NCBI GenBank assembly: GCA_963749915.1
Contig: CAVVOP010000008.1
Location: forward strand, 480,001-544,000
Source: an uncultured cyanobacterium
GTDB taxonomy: Bacteria; Cyanobacteriota; Cyanobacteriia; Cyanobacteriales; Cyanobacteriaceae
Direction: 5' to 3'
Length of the DNA stretch: 64,000 bases
Shown here piece after piece: positions 30,463-42,450 of the stretch. A program made the translations under genes and the position numbers. Below the pieces are notes generated by a model that ran no database searches, had not been told where the DNA came from, and worked only from the letters and a program-made list of their open reading frames with translations. Numbering within the stretch: position 1 is the first letter of the stretch; every line of letters starts with the position of its first letter.

Positions 30463-31746
30463 ATGAAAGCAAAGACTTTTTTCCGTACCACTTTCTTTCC
30501 CTTATTTTTAATCCTGGTGTGTCCCATCACTGTTGTCCTTATGTGGCTCACCTATACCGAATATGGGGGATCTGTGGTGAGTATGCTGTCAGAAATTGAC
30601 ATGGGGAATTTTTTCCAAATCTTACCTAAGCCTACAGTGTTAGCCTGTAAAATATTACTTATCTTTGTTGCCATAGAAGGGGTGTTGATGATCGTGCTTC
30701 CGGGGAAAACATATAATGCACCAGTTACTCCATCTGGAAATACAATTAGATACAAAGACAACGGTTTCCTAGCCTGGATAATTACACACCTATTGTTATT
30801 TATTTTTGCCTATGAATTAAAGTGGTTTCCCTTAACTGTTGTTTATGATAATTTCGGTTCAATTCTCACTACTTGTAGTGTATTTAGCTTGCTGTTTTGC
30901 GTTTTTTTATACATCAAAGGGATCTGGTTTCCCTCTAGTAATGACATTAATAAAAGTGGCAACCTCATCTTTGATTATTATTGGGGAGTTGAACTCCATC
31001 CACGCATTTTCGGGTTTGATTTAAAACAGTTTATGATTTGTCGATTGGCGATGATGGGATGGAGTCTTATTATCTTATCTTTTATGGCAAAACAGTATGA
31101 GATATATGGCTATGTTAGTAATTCCATGATTTTGGCTGTTGTCCTTCAGAGTATCTACATTCTCAAATTTTTCTGGTGGGAGACTGGATATCTTGCTACT
31201 CTTGATGTGATGCACGATCACTTTGGCTTTTATATTTGTTGGGGAGTAATCACTTGGCTACCCTGTGTTTATCCATCACCTATTCTCTATTTAGTTGAAC
31301 ATCCCTATGATTTATCAACTCCTCTTTTTGGAGGAATTTTACTTTTAGGGTTGTTGGCTATCTATATCAATTACAATGCTGACAACCAGCGCCAGAGAGT
31401 AAGGGAAACCCAGGGCAACTGTACTATTTGGGGCAAACAACCAAACTTAATTGTTGCCAACTATAAGACAGAAGATGGCAATACCAGAGAAAATTTATTG
31501 TTGGTTTCTGGGTGGTGGGGTGTTTCTCGCCATTTTAACTACATTGCTGAGATTACCCTTGCCCTTTGCTGGACGTTACCTTGTTTATTTAGCCATATCC
31601 TGCCCTATTTCTATGTTACTTTTCTCACCATTCTGCTTGTGCATCGTTCTTTTCGTGATGATGAACGCTGTCACCAAAAATATGGTATCTTTTGGGAAAA
31701 ATATTGTGCTATTGTTCCTTATCGACTTGTTCCGGGTTTATACTGA
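30463..31746 (+). CDS. Sterol Delta7-reductase (7-dehydrocholesterol reductase)-like, ERG4/ERG24 family
   Basis: FDYYWGVELHPRI, DLKQF, YLATLDVMHDHFGFYICWG, LLVSGWWGVSRHFNY, HRSFRDDERCHQKYG, WEKYCAIVPYRLVPG; multiple TM helices. Confidence 0.9.
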   Translation: MKAKTFFRTTFFPLFLILVCPITVVLMWLTYTEYGGSVVSMLSEIDMGNFFQILPKPTVLACKILLIFVAIEGVLMIVLPGKTYNAPVTPSGNTIRYKDNGFLAWIITHLLLFIFAYELKWFPLTVVYDNFGSILTTCSVFSLLFCVFLYIKGIWFPSSNDINKSGNLIFDYYWGVELHPRIFGFDLKQFMICRLAMMGWSLIILSFMAKQYEIYGYVSNSMILAVVLQSIYILKFFWWETGYLATLDVMHDHFGFYICWGVITWLPCVYPSPILYLVEHPYDLSTPLFGGILLLGLLAIYINYNADNQRQRVRETQGNCTIWGKQPNLIVANYKTEDGNTRENLLLVSGWWGVSRHFNYIAEITLALCWTLPCLFSHILPYFYVTFLTILLVHRSFRDDERCHQKYGIFWEKYCAIVPYRLVPGLY

Positions 31747-31925
31747 GAGCTTGTGAATCAAACCTAGCTCAAATACTGTGATGACTGAGATGTCAGGGTT
31801 TGATGACTAGGTTAAGTTTTATCAGGGAGCGGGATCTTTATCAGGGGGGATGACTATGATTAAGTTATTTAATTTGCCATTCATTGGTGTTTGTTTGGTT
31901 GCGCTTTCGCTTTAAGGGTTAAATT

Positions 31926-34460
31926 ATGACACTTTCGACAGATTCTATGGACACTGTTCAACTGATAATTGAGGACGATCGCACTGGATTAAGTGTGGAG
32001 ACCTTAAAAAGGGCTTTTTTAGACAATCTCTTTTATGTTCAAGGTAAATTTCCTGGGCTGGCCTCGGAAAATGATTACTATCTGGCCTTGGCCTATACCG
32101 TTCGCGATCGCATGTTGCAGCGGTGGGTCAGCACGGCGGCGGCCTATACGGATCAGACTTCCCGAACGGTCTGCTATTTGTCCGCAGAATTTTTGATGGG
32201 ACCTCATCTGGGCAATAATCTCATTAGTTTGGGGGTGTACGACCAATTCAAAGAAGCTATGGAGTCTCTTTGCATCGATCTTGACGAGCTATTAACCATA
32301 GAAGAAGAACCCGGTTTAGGTAATGGAGGTTTAGGTCGATTGGCGGCTTGCTATCTCGAATCCATGGCCTCCTTAGAAATTGCCAATATCGGCTACGGCA
32401 TTCGCTATGAATTTGGCATTTTCGACCAAGAAATCCGCGATGGCTGGCAGGTCGAAATTACCGATAAGTGGCTCCGCAAAGGGAATCCCTGGGAGATTGC
32501 TCGTCCTGATTGGGCCGTATTAGTCAAGTTTGGGGGTCATACCGAATCTTTTCTGGACGATCTAGATCATTATCGCGTGCGCTGGGTTCCCGAGCGAGAG
32601 GTGAGAGGGGTTCCCTACGATACGCCGATTTTGGGCTACAAAGTTAATACAGCGAATACCCTTAGGCTTTGGAGTGCAGAAGCCCAAGAATCCTTCGATT
32701 TTCAGGCGTTTAATCAGGGGAATTATTATGGAGCTGTCGAGGGCAAGTTGGTGTCAGAAACCATTAGCAAGGTGCTGTATCCCAATGATGAAAAATTTGA
32801 AGGGAAGCAATTGCGCCTAGAACAGCAATACTTCTTTGTTTCCAGTTCCTTGCAAGATATGCTACGGATTCTTCAAGGCCAGGGACTGCCTGTCGAGCGC
32901 TTTCACGAAAAGTTTTCGATTCAACTCAATGACACCCATCCCTCCATCGCGGTGGCCGAACTGATGCGTCTTTTGATCGACGAGCATCGCCTAGATTGGG
33001 ATACTGCTTGGACGATTACTCGCCAGTCTTTTGCCTATACCAACCATACCCTTTTGCCCGAAGCCCTAGAAAAATGGACGATCGATCTGTTTGGTAAATT
33101 GTTGCCGCGCATTTTAGAAATTATTTACGAAATCAATCGTCATTTTCTCGATGAAGTTCGCATCAAATTCAGTGGAGATGAGGGGCGCATTGCACGGATG
33201 TCTCTGATTGATGAAAGTGGCGATCGCTATGTAAGAATGGCGAATTTGGCTTGTGTGGGGAGTTTCGCCATTAATGGCGTGGCTGCCTTACATAGCGAAC
33301 TTCTGAAGGAAACAGTGCTGCGAGATTTCTATGAGTTTTCCCCGGAAAAATTCTCCAATAAAACCAATGGGGTCACACCTCGTCGTTGGATTGCCCTGAG
33401 CAACCCTCGCCTGACCCAACTGCTCAGCCAGAAAATTGGTGATGGTTGGATCAAACACCTGGAAAACCTGCGGCAACTCGAAGGCTATGCTCAAGATTCG
33501 GGATTTCGCGAAGACTGGCGTCAAACCAAACAAGCGGTTAAGTACGATCTAGCCCGTCATATTGAAGGTACCTTGGGTATTACTATCGATCCCCACTCCT
33601 TATTTGATGTCCAGGTGAAGCGCATCCATGAATATAAACGGCAGCATCTCAACGTTTTACACATTATTTCTCTTTACTGGCGGTTAAAGAACGATCCTAA
33701 TCTGGATATTTCCCCTCGTACCTTTATTTTTGGGGGCAAGGCAGCTCCAGGCTATTACATGGCGAAGTTAATTATTAAACTGATTAACTCCGTTGGGGAA
33801 GTCGTCAATCGTGACCCGATTTCTTGCGATCGTCTGCGAGTGGTTTTCATTCCTGATTTTAATGTATCCAATGGTCAGCGGATCTATCCCGCGGCCGATC
33901 TTTCTGAGCAAATTTCTACCGCAGGCTACGAAGCTTCGGGAACGGGTAATATGAAATTCATGATGAACGGATCTCTGACCATTGGGACCCTAGACGGCGC
34001 CAATGTCGAAATCCGCGAAGAAGCTGGGCCCGAAAACTTTTTCCTCTTTGGTTTGACCGCGGAGGAAGTTGTGAAACTCCGCCAAGCCGGTTATCGCCCT
34101 TGGGAGTATTATCAAAACAATAACGAACTTAAACAGGTACTCGATCTCATTTCCTCGGGCTACTTTTCCCATGGAGATGGGGAACTCTTTAAGCCGATTG
34201 TCAATAATTTGCTGAGTTACGATCCCTTTTTGTTGCTGGCGGATTTCCAATCTTATATCGATTGTCAAAACACCGTTGGGCAAAAGTATCAAGATAGGGA
34301 CCAGTGGTCACGAATGTCTATTCTCAATACGTCAAGAGCGGGCAAATTCTCTTCCGATCGGGCGATTAAGGAATACTGTGACGACATTTGGAAAGTCTCT
34401 CCTCTTGAGATCGACCTGAATGCAAATCATTTTGATGCGGGGAGTTGTTCGATTGTTTGA
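31926..34460 (+). CDS. glgP: Glycogen/alpha-glucan phosphorylase
   Basis: GLGNGGLGRLAAC, QLNDTHP, KTNGVTPRRW, QVKRIHEYKRQ, PLP motif EASGTGNMK. Confidence 0.96.
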   Translation: MTLSTDSMDTVQLIIEDDRTGLSVETLKRAFLDNLFYVQGKFPGLASENDYYLALAYTVRDRMLQRWVSTAAAYTDQTSRTVCYLSAEFLMGPHLGNNLISLGVYDQFKEAMESLCIDLDELLTIEEEPGLGNGGLGRLAACYLESMASLEIANIGYGIRYEFGIFDQEIRDGWQVEITDKWLRKGNPWEIARPDWAVLVKFGGHTESFLDDLDHYRVRWVPEREVRGVPYDTPILGYKVNTANTLRLWSAEAQESFDFQAFNQGNYYGAVEGKLVSETISKVLYPNDEKFEGKQLRLEQQYFFVSSSLQDMLRILQGQGLPVERFHEKFSIQLNDTHPSIAVAELMRLLIDEHRLDWDTAWTITRQSFAYTNHTLLPEALEKWTIDLFGKLLPRILEIIYEINRHFLDEVRIKFSGDEGRIARMSLIDESGDRYVRMANLACVGSFAINGVAALHSELLKETVLRDFYEFSPEKFSNKTNGVTPRRWIALSNPRLTQLLSQKIGDGWIKHLENLRQLEGYAQDSGFREDWRQTKQAVKYDLARHIEGTLGITIDPHSLFDVQVKRIHEYKRQHLNVLHIISLYWRLKNDPNLDISPRTFIFGGKAAPGYYMAKLIIKLINSVGEVVNRDPISCDRLRVVFIPDFNVSNGQRIYPAADLSEQISTAGYEASGTGNMKFMMNGSLTIGTLDGANVEIREEAGPENFFLFGLTAEEVVKLRQAGYRPWEYYQNNNELKQVLDLISSGYFSHGDGELFKPIVNNLLSYDPFLLLADFQSYIDCQNTVGQKYQDRDQWSRMSILNTSRAGKFSSDRAIKEYCDDIWKVSPLEIDLNANHFDAGSCSIV

Positions 34461-34648
34461 GAGGCATTACGACTATCCAGACAGGTAAATTTAATATTGG
34501 TGAATGGGGCATGGCAAAAACCAAAATTAGGTGTCGAACCGTACAAAGGTACAGAAATTTTTGCTTTTAACCCTCTCTTTATCTAAATGTGCAAATAAGA
34601 CCCCCTTCCAATACTACTCGGTTAAGCTGAAAAACTTGATCAAATGAG

Positions 34649-34730
34649 AAGTGTGGGGAGTGTGGGAAGTATGGGATTTTTCTTTCCCATCTTCCCCATC
34701 TTCCCCCTCTTCCAAGTCTCACCTTCCCCC
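34649..34730. repeat. Short tandem/inverted repeats (GTGTGGG(G/A)A then CCCATCTT)
   Basis: aagtgtggggagtgtgggaagtatggga followed by cccatcttccccatcttcccc; partly self-complementary. Confidence 0.55.
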
Positions 34731-35058
34731 AAATATAAAAAACCTACACCCGAAAGCTTCCCCCTCTTCCCTATCCTTGTCACAACACATAATTATTCTG
34801 TTACAGTCGATGGGGCATGAATTTGCACCAACAAAGAAAACCGAGCGACAGCGAGTCCTTCTTTAAAGCTGTTTCTGCCTATGTCCGGACAAAAACCCTT
34901 GGTATTTAGGGGACAGGTATTTAACCTACAAGACTATCAAGTGATCCAGGTATAATAGTTTGTATCCCTTTCTAATTAACACTTTGAGGGAAAACCTCAC
35001 CATTTTTGATGAGAACGAATACGCACTATGAATGTTTATTATATCTTATTCCTAATCT

Positions 35059-37812
35059 ATGAATCACTGGTACCAACTAGAAGTTGCACAAGTACTGCAG
35101 CACTTTGAGGTAGATCCTCTGTCTGGTCTAAGCCAGAAGGAAGTGAATCAAAGGCGATGGCAACATGGCACAAATGAGTTGATCGAACATCCTCTCAAAA
35201 ATCCCTGGCGAATTCTTTGGGAACAGTTGAGCGCAACCCCTGTGATGATGCTCCTCGTGGCGGGAGTCATCTCCGCCATTTTGAGAGATTACAAAGATGC
35301 CGTGGCGATTCTGGCGATCGTCATCTTCAACGCTATTTTGGGACTAACCCAAGAGTATCGTGCCGAAAAAGCGATCGCAGCCCTGAAAAAGCTAGCGGTG
35401 CCCACGGTCAGAGTTTGTCGTCAAGGCAAGTGGCAGGAACTATCCGCTTGTCAATTAGTGTTGGGAGATATAGTGTATCTGGAGGCTGGAAATTCAGTAC
35501 CAGCAGATGGTCGAGTGCTGGAGAGTACTAATCTGCGGGTTCGGGAAGCCGCATTTACTGGGGAGTCTTTCCCGGTGGAAAAGGACCCCCGTACCTGCTC
35601 TGAGAACAAGCTACCACTAGGGGATCGCTCCAACATGGTTTACATGGGTACCATCGTCGCCTACGGGCGAGGGCAAGTCGTGGTTACCGAAACGGGCATG
35701 AGTACGGAACTGGGCAAAATTGCCCATTTAGTCCAGACTGTCCAAAGGGAACCGACACCCCTGCAACGTCGCCTAGATCAATTGGGGCAGAAATTGGCGA
35801 TGGCATCGTTGCTGCTGGTTGCCATTATCTTTACCCAGGGATTACTGCGGGGTGAGAGCATTAATCTGATGATTTTGACAGCAGTGAGCATGGCCGTGGC
35901 GATCATTCCCGAGGGCTTGCCGGCCGTGGTCACCATTGCACTGGCACTGGGATCGCGGCGAATGCTACAACGTCACGCCCTGATCCGCAAATTGCCCGCG
36001 GTGGAAACCCTAGGGTCAGTCACCACCATTTGTGCCGATAAAACCGGCACCTTGACCGAAAACCGGATGAGTGTAATCGTCCTAGATGTAGCAAACCAGC
36101 GGGTCGATTTAAGAGCCACCCCAGCCATAGCCGCCACCGATGGCACTTCTGAAATTATACAATCATCCTCTGCTCTGTCACTCCTCCTGATGGGTTGTGC
36201 CCTCTGCAACAATGTCCTGCCTTCGTCTAACTCCAAGGCATCTGTCACCCTTGAAGCCTTAGGGGACCCCACGGAAGTTGCACTCGCGGCCGCATCTGCC
36301 CGTTTCGGATTTCAGAAAGCTGAACTCAATGAGCAGTTCCCCTGTGTTGCAGAAATGCCTTTTGCCTCGGAACGCAAGCGCATGACCACGGTTCACCCCA
36401 TTCCAAGCCCCCAATTCCAGAACTTGTCCATTCTAGACAGCATTTGGCAATGGGGCCGTCAGGGAAAAGCTTCCCACATCGCCTTTACGAAAGGGGCCGT
36501 GGATAGTCTACTGGAAGTCTGTAATTATGTTTGGGTGAAAGATCGGGCTGAGCCACTCCATGCAGAATGGCATGAGCGGATTACCACAAGCAACAGTCAG
36601 TCAGCGCAGGGGGGAATGCGGGTTCTGGGAGTTGCCTTCCGACTGTTAGAAGCTTTACCAGCTAATGGGGCGGCGGCCATAGAGCAAGACCTGATTTTCA
36701 TCGGACTCATCGGCATGATTGATCCCCCTCGCCCGGAAGTCAAGACTGCGGTGCAAACCTGTAGCATCGCTGGAATTCGTCCAGTAATGATTACGGGTGA
36801 CCATCCGCTCATGGCTCAGTACATTGCCCAAGCGGTCGGCATTACGAATAATCATCACGTCCTGACGGGTTTAGAATTGAGCCAGCTTTCGTTGCCTGAA
36901 TTAGAAGCCCAAGTGGAATCCGTCTCTATCTATGCACGGGTTTCTCCTCAGCAGAAACTCAACATTGTCAAGGCATTGCAAAACCAGGGGCATATTGTCG
37001 CCATGACGGGTGATGGCATCAATGACGCACCAGCCCTCAGGAAAGCAGACATTGGTGTGGCAATGGGCATGGCCGGTACGGACGTCTCAAAAGAAGCCGC
37101 TGACATGGTGCTACTGGATGATAACTTTGCCACTATTGTCGCCGCAGTGGAGGAAGGACGAGTGATCTACGACAATATCCGTAAGTTCATTAAATACACC
37201 CTCACAGGCAACGCAGGGGGAGTCTGGATTATGGTACTGGCTCCCCTATTGGCGATGCCCTTGCCCCTGTTGCCTTTGCAAATCCTCTGGATCAATCTTA
37301 TGGCAGATGGGCTAATGGCCTTGGCACTCAGCGTAGAACCCTCTGAAAGCAATGTGATGCAACGCTCACCCCACAGTCCCCAGGAAAATATCTTTGGGCG
37401 TGGTGTGGGCAGAGGGATTATCTGGGTCGGGTTTCTGGTCGGACTGACTATTCTGCTGATGGGCTACGAGTACTGGTTGGCGGGGCAACCAAATTGGCAG
37501 ACGATGGTGTTCACAACCCTTGCTTGTTCACGGGCGAGTCTAGCACTGGCAATGCGGTCTGAACACGATTCCCTGTTTCGGTTAGGATTACTCACAAATA
37601 AGCCGATCTTGGGGGCTGCGGCAATGACCCTGATTTTACAGATTGCAGTTATTTACACCCCCTGGTTACAAACTCTGTTTAAGACAAAAGCACTGTCGGT
37701 TCCAGAACTAATTATCTGCTTGGGTTTGAGTCTTGTGGGTTTTTTAGGAGTAGAGCTTGAGAAATGGATTGTGCGTCGTCGGATAGCTCTGGCTGCCAGT
37801 GAGCACAAATGA
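35059..37812 (+). CDS. Type IIA cation (Ca2+)-transporting P-type ATPase, PacL-like
   Basis: TGES, PEGL, DKTGTLT, KGA, MITGDHP, MTGDGINDAPAL; 10-TM layout. Confidence 0.93.
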   Translation: MNHWYQLEVAQVLQHFEVDPLSGLSQKEVNQRRWQHGTNELIEHPLKNPWRILWEQLSATPVMMLLVAGVISAILRDYKDAVAILAIVIFNAILGLTQEYRAEKAIAALKKLAVPTVRVCRQGKWQELSACQLVLGDIVYLEAGNSVPADGRVLESTNLRVREAAFTGESFPVEKDPRTCSENKLPLGDRSNMVYMGTIVAYGRGQVVVTETGMSTELGKIAHLVQTVQREPTPLQRRLDQLGQKLAMASLLLVAIIFTQGLLRGESINLMILTAVSMAVAIIPEGLPAVVTIALALGSRRMLQRHALIRKLPAVETLGSVTTICADKTGTLTENRMSVIVLDVANQRVDLRATPAIAATDGTSEIIQSSSALSLLLMGCALCNNVLPSSNSKASVTLEALGDPTEVALAAASARFGFQKAELNEQFPCVAEMPFASERKRMTTVHPIPSPQFQNLSILDSIWQWGRQGKASHIAFTKGAVDSLLEVCNYVWVKDRAEPLHAEWHERITTSNSQSAQGGMRVLGVAFRLLEALPANGAAAIEQDLIFIGLIGMIDPPRPEVKTAVQTCSIAGIRPVMITGDHPLMAQYIAQAVGITNNHHVLTGLELSQLSLPELEAQVESVSIYARVSPQQKLNIVKALQNQGHIVAMTGDGINDAPALRKADIGVAMGMAGTDVSKEAADMVLLDDNFATIVAAVEEGRVIYDNIRKFIKYTLTGNAGGVWIMVLAPLLAMPLPLLPLQILWINLMADGLMALALSVEPSESNVMQRSPHSPQENIFGRGVGRGIIWVGFLVGLTILLMGYEYWLAGQPNWQTMVFTTLACSRASLALAMRSEHDSLFRLGLLTNKPILGAAAMTLILQIAVIYTPWLQTLFKTKALSVPELIICLGLSLVGFLGVELEKWIVRRRIALAASEHK

Positions 37813-38035
37813 TGATGAAAACAAAAATGAAAGGTGCGGCAGACAGCTATCTGCATCAGTTTTTGGGTTTTTCCTCTGGGGGAGTTTTTATTAGTCAAAT
37901 TTCGACCCAAATGTTAAAAACCTACACCTGTGAGAACCCCTGTACTCGGGACTGCGAACTCACTGATTACTTGCTTATTGATGGTTAATGAATGATAATT
38001 GATCAGTGTTGGCCAATAGTTAAATCATTTAAAAT

Positions 38036-38674
38036 ATGGGTGTTGAACTCCGAAGTTACGTTTACTTAGACCGATTACAATCTCAACACGCCTCCTATAT
38101 TGGTACCGTTGCCCTGGGTTTTTTACCCTTACCTGGTGATGCTTCCCTGTGGATTGAAATTTCTCCTGGTATTGAGATCAACAGAATAACCGATATAGCA
38201 CTAAAGTCGGCGGTAGTACGTCCGGGAGTTCAATTTGTGGAACGTCTTTACGGATTATTAGAAATTCATTCTAGTAATCAGGGGGAAACTAAAACTGCAG
38301 GTAGAGCTATTTTAGATGCTTTGGGAGTCAGTGAAAAAGATTGCATTAAGCCAGAAGTCGTGTCAAGTCAAATCATTCGTAATATCGATCCCTATCAAGC
38401 ACAAATTATTAACCGTAACCGTCGAGGACAAATGTTGTTAGCGGGGCAAACTTTGTACGTTTTGGAAGTAAAACCTGCGGCTTATGCAGCATTAGCGGCC
38501 AATGAAGCAGAAAAATCCGCTTTAATTAACATTCTCTCAGTTCAAGCAGTGGGTAGTTTTGGCAGACTTTATCTCGGTGGTGCAGAAAGGGATATAAAAG
38601 CAGGATCCCAAGCGGCTTTAGAGGCGATCGCCAATGTTGGGGGGAGAATTGGTCTGTCAGAGGTAAAAGAGTAA
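38036..38674 (+). CDS. ccmP: Beta-carboxysome shell protein CcmP (tandem BMC)
   Basis: [51 protein letters not shown]. Confidence 0.92.
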   Translation: MGVELRSYVYLDRLQSQHASYIGTVALGFLPLPGDASLWIEISPGIEINRITDIALKSAVVRPGVQFVERLYGLLEIHSSNQGETKTAGRAILDALGVSEKDCIKPEVVSSQIIRNIDPYQAQIINRNRRGQMLLAGQTLYVLEVKPAAYAALAANEAEKSALINILSVQAVGSFGRLYLGGAERDIKAGSQAALEAIANVGGRIGLSEVKE

Positions 38675-38689
38675 GGAGAAGAAAAGAAG

Positions 38690-39238
38690 ATGAATAATCA
38701 AGAATACTGGGCAAAATTAATTAAAAATGTTCACCAATGGAATCAGTGGCGAGAATTTAATGATGATGTCAAAATCGATCTGTCAGGAATGAATTTTAGT
38801 AATTATGATTTAGAGGGAATTAACTTAAGTGATTGTAATTTGAAGGAAACTAACTTTATTGGGTGTAACTTGCGATTAGCTAATTTAACTCAAACAGGTT
38901 TAACAAAAACTAATTTAATCGGGGTTAATTTAAGATTAGCTAATTTAAGAAAAGCAATTTTAATTAATACCAAGCTACACCGAGCTAACTTGAGTGAAGT
39001 GGATTTAAACCGGTCAATTATCACCGAATCGGACTTAAGTAACAGTATTTTATACGAAACGGAACTGGGAGAAGCCAAAATATATAAAAGTAACTTCAGC
39101 TATGCTCAATTAGTCAATACTCATCTTATCAAAGCTGACATAATTTTAAGCAATTTTGAGGGGGCAATTCTTAAAAATGTTGATTTTCGTTGGGCAAATT
39201 TAATTAAAACGTCGATTTTAGATCTACAACAATTCTAA
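38690..39238 (+). CDS. Pentapeptide-repeat protein
   Basis: WNQWR leader followed by A(D/N)L-type repeats. Confidence 0.85.
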   Translation: MNNQEYWAKLIKNVHQWNQWREFNDDVKIDLSGMNFSNYDLEGINLSDCNLKETNFIGCNLRLANLTQTGLTKTNLIGVNLRLANLRKAILINTKLHRANLSEVDLNRSIITESDLSNSILYETELGEAKIYKSNFSYAQLVNTHLIKADIILSNFEGAILKNVDFRWANLIKTSILDLQQF

Positions 39239-39459
39239 TTTGCTTCCTATATCTCGGAAAATAAATATTTTTTTGTTATAGTAGGGGTAAGTGAGTATTG
39301 AAAATTTTTAAAAGGTAGGCTACGGCAAATTTAAAAATAATACTATTTACCTTTAATTAATCGTTACCTAATTCAGAGCCTATAGTCACGTAACCTTTAT
39401 TTTATAAATAGTCTTAAATCTAATTTTTTTACATAATTAAACTCGGAGAGGAAAATAAC

Positions 39460-39957
39460 ATGGATGCACAAGAACTTCTTCAAAAATATACTGATGGTCA
39501 AAGAAATTTTAGTCGTGTTAATTTAGTCAGATTATGTTTGAATAAAGCATATTTACAAGGAGTAGACTTAACTTCGGCTCAACTTTCCCAAGCTAAACTC
39601 AATGAGGCAAATCTCGTCCAGGTTAATATGATTGAAGCCTGTGCGATGGATGCTGAAATGACCAGTGCGGATTTAAGTGGTGCTAGTTTAGTTTCTGCTG
39701 ATTTTAGAGGCTCTAATTTAAGAGGTGCTAAATTAGGAGGAGCAGATTTAAGAAATGCAGATTTAAGTGGTGCGGATTTTTCCCATGCTGACTTAAGAGG
39801 TGCAGATTTAAGTGGTGCTAACTTACAAAATACCGATTTAAGTAATGCTAATTTGGAAGGTGCTTATTTAGATGAGACAGACTTAACACAAGCAAATTTG
39901 GAAGGTGCTAATTTAAGGGGTGCAGATTTATCGGGGGCAAAAATGCCTATTGTTTAA
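39460..39957 (+). CDS. Pentapeptide-repeat protein
   Basis: ELLQKYTDGQRNF leader and ADLSG/ANLEG repeats. Confidence 0.9.
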   Translation: MDAQELLQKYTDGQRNFSRVNLVRLCLNKAYLQGVDLTSAQLSQAKLNEANLVQVNMIEACAMDAEMTSADLSGASLVSADFRGSNLRGAKLGGADLRNADLSGADFSHADLRGADLSGANLQNTDLSNANLEGAYLDETDLTQANLEGANLRGADLSGAKMPIV

Positions 39958-40060
39958 CTAACAATTAATTTCGGGGTGAGGGGCTTAAACAAGGAAATTG
40001 TGCGAGATCTCCCAGAGGTAGGGTATGATTGAAAATGTAAAGTTTTATTGAGCATAATAG

Positions 40061-41341
<1,281 letters not shown>

Positions 41342-41345
41342 TTTT

Positions 41346-41373
41346 TAAGTAATAAGTAATAAGTAATAAGTAA
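41346..41373. repeat. Heptamer STRR (TAAGTAA)x4
   Basis: Four exact copies. Similar arrays: (TATCCAT)x4 at ~61140-61167 and (TAATTGT)n at ~44420-44440. Confidence 0.8.
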
Positions 41374-41421
41374 TAAATTGTTGATTAGATTTTAATTCCT
41401 AATTCCTAATTATTTTGATTT

Positions 41422-41922
41422 ATGTTTCAAAAATTAACTCGTTTTTTTTTCTTAATTTTAGCTTTAATAATTCTTTTTATTCCCGATTATGCGATCGCCG
41501 CTAGTTCGAGTGCGGTAACATCAACTTTTGAAAGTAAAGATTTAAGCGGGGAAAATTTCTCGGGACAAAATTTACAACTAGCAGAGTTTACTAAAGTTAA
41601 ATTAGAAGGTGCAGATTTAAGTAAAACTGACTTGCGTGGAGGGGTTTTTAATGGTGTTTTCGCAGAAAAAGTTAACCTCTCTGGTGCTAATTTTACCAAT
41701 GGTTTAGCCTATGTAACTAACTTTGACAATGCCGACTTAAGGGATACTATTTTTAGAGAAGCGATTATGTTACGATCGACTTTTAACAATGCTAAAGTTG
41801 AGGGTGCAGATTTCACTCAAGCGGTGTTAGATAATCAACAAATCGCCAAACTTTGTAAATATGCTGATGGGATCAATTCTCAAACAGGTGCGAGTACCCG
41901 TCAATCTTTAGGATGCCCATAG
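41422..41922 (+). CDS. Exported (probably lumenal) pentapeptide-repeat protein
   Basis: Signal peptide, pentapeptide repeats, C-terminal LC...G.N..TG.STRQSLGC. Confidence 0.88.
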   Translation: MFQKLTRFFFLILALIILFIPDYAIAASSSAVTSTFESKDLSGENFSGQNLQLAEFTKVKLEGADLSKTDLRGGVFNGVFAEKVNLSGANFTNGLAYVTNFDNADLRDTIFREAIMLRSTFNNAKVEGADFTQAVLDNQQIAKLCKYADGINSQTGASTRQSLGCP

Positions 41923-41943
41923 CAATGTAAAATTAACGATTAA

Positions 41944-42381
41944 TTATTCACTGATTAATTCTTTGTCAATTAAATCATCTAATCCCACAGAAATTAATAA
42001 CTCCTTCCACTGTTGGGGTTGAAGTTCCTTCATACTGGCCACCAAAGATAGAGTATCTTGCCAAACACCCTGATGAGCGAAAATTTCTGCCTTTTTAAGG
42101 GTGTCTGGATTAGCTGATAGTTCATTTTTAGCCTCTCCATTCAGAGAAACTCTTTCAATGAATCCCTTAGTGTGATTGCTAGTATTGATAAACATGGGAC
42201 TACATACGAGGGATACTTCCCATATATACTTTTTATCGTTTTCCAAATTAACTTGATCCGATACATTAATATTAATAATACGATCACTGACTGTTATAGG
42301 TATTTCTTGAATATCTATATCTTTACCGTTTTCTTCCCTGAGAATAAACTGGGCAAATTTAGCTTGGGTTGGAGGTATATA
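41944..42381 (-). pseudogene. 5'-truncated DUF928 gene
   Basis: The frame extends upstream of the track ORF as YIPPTQAKFAQFILREENG...LENDKKYIWEVSLVC...GFIERV...GVWQDTL. No start or N-terminal part before an in-frame stop near 42451. Confidence 0.65.
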
Positions 42382-42450
42382 ATCTTTTATCCCAAAAATG
42401 GAGGAAATTCTGTCATTGTTTTCAGGGCTTAGACATAGAATCCGGTAGAG

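Noticed and set aside
34651..34866. 71-aa ORF MWGVWEVW...SSPSSPSS
   Set aside because: Product of short tandem repeats; no coding signal.
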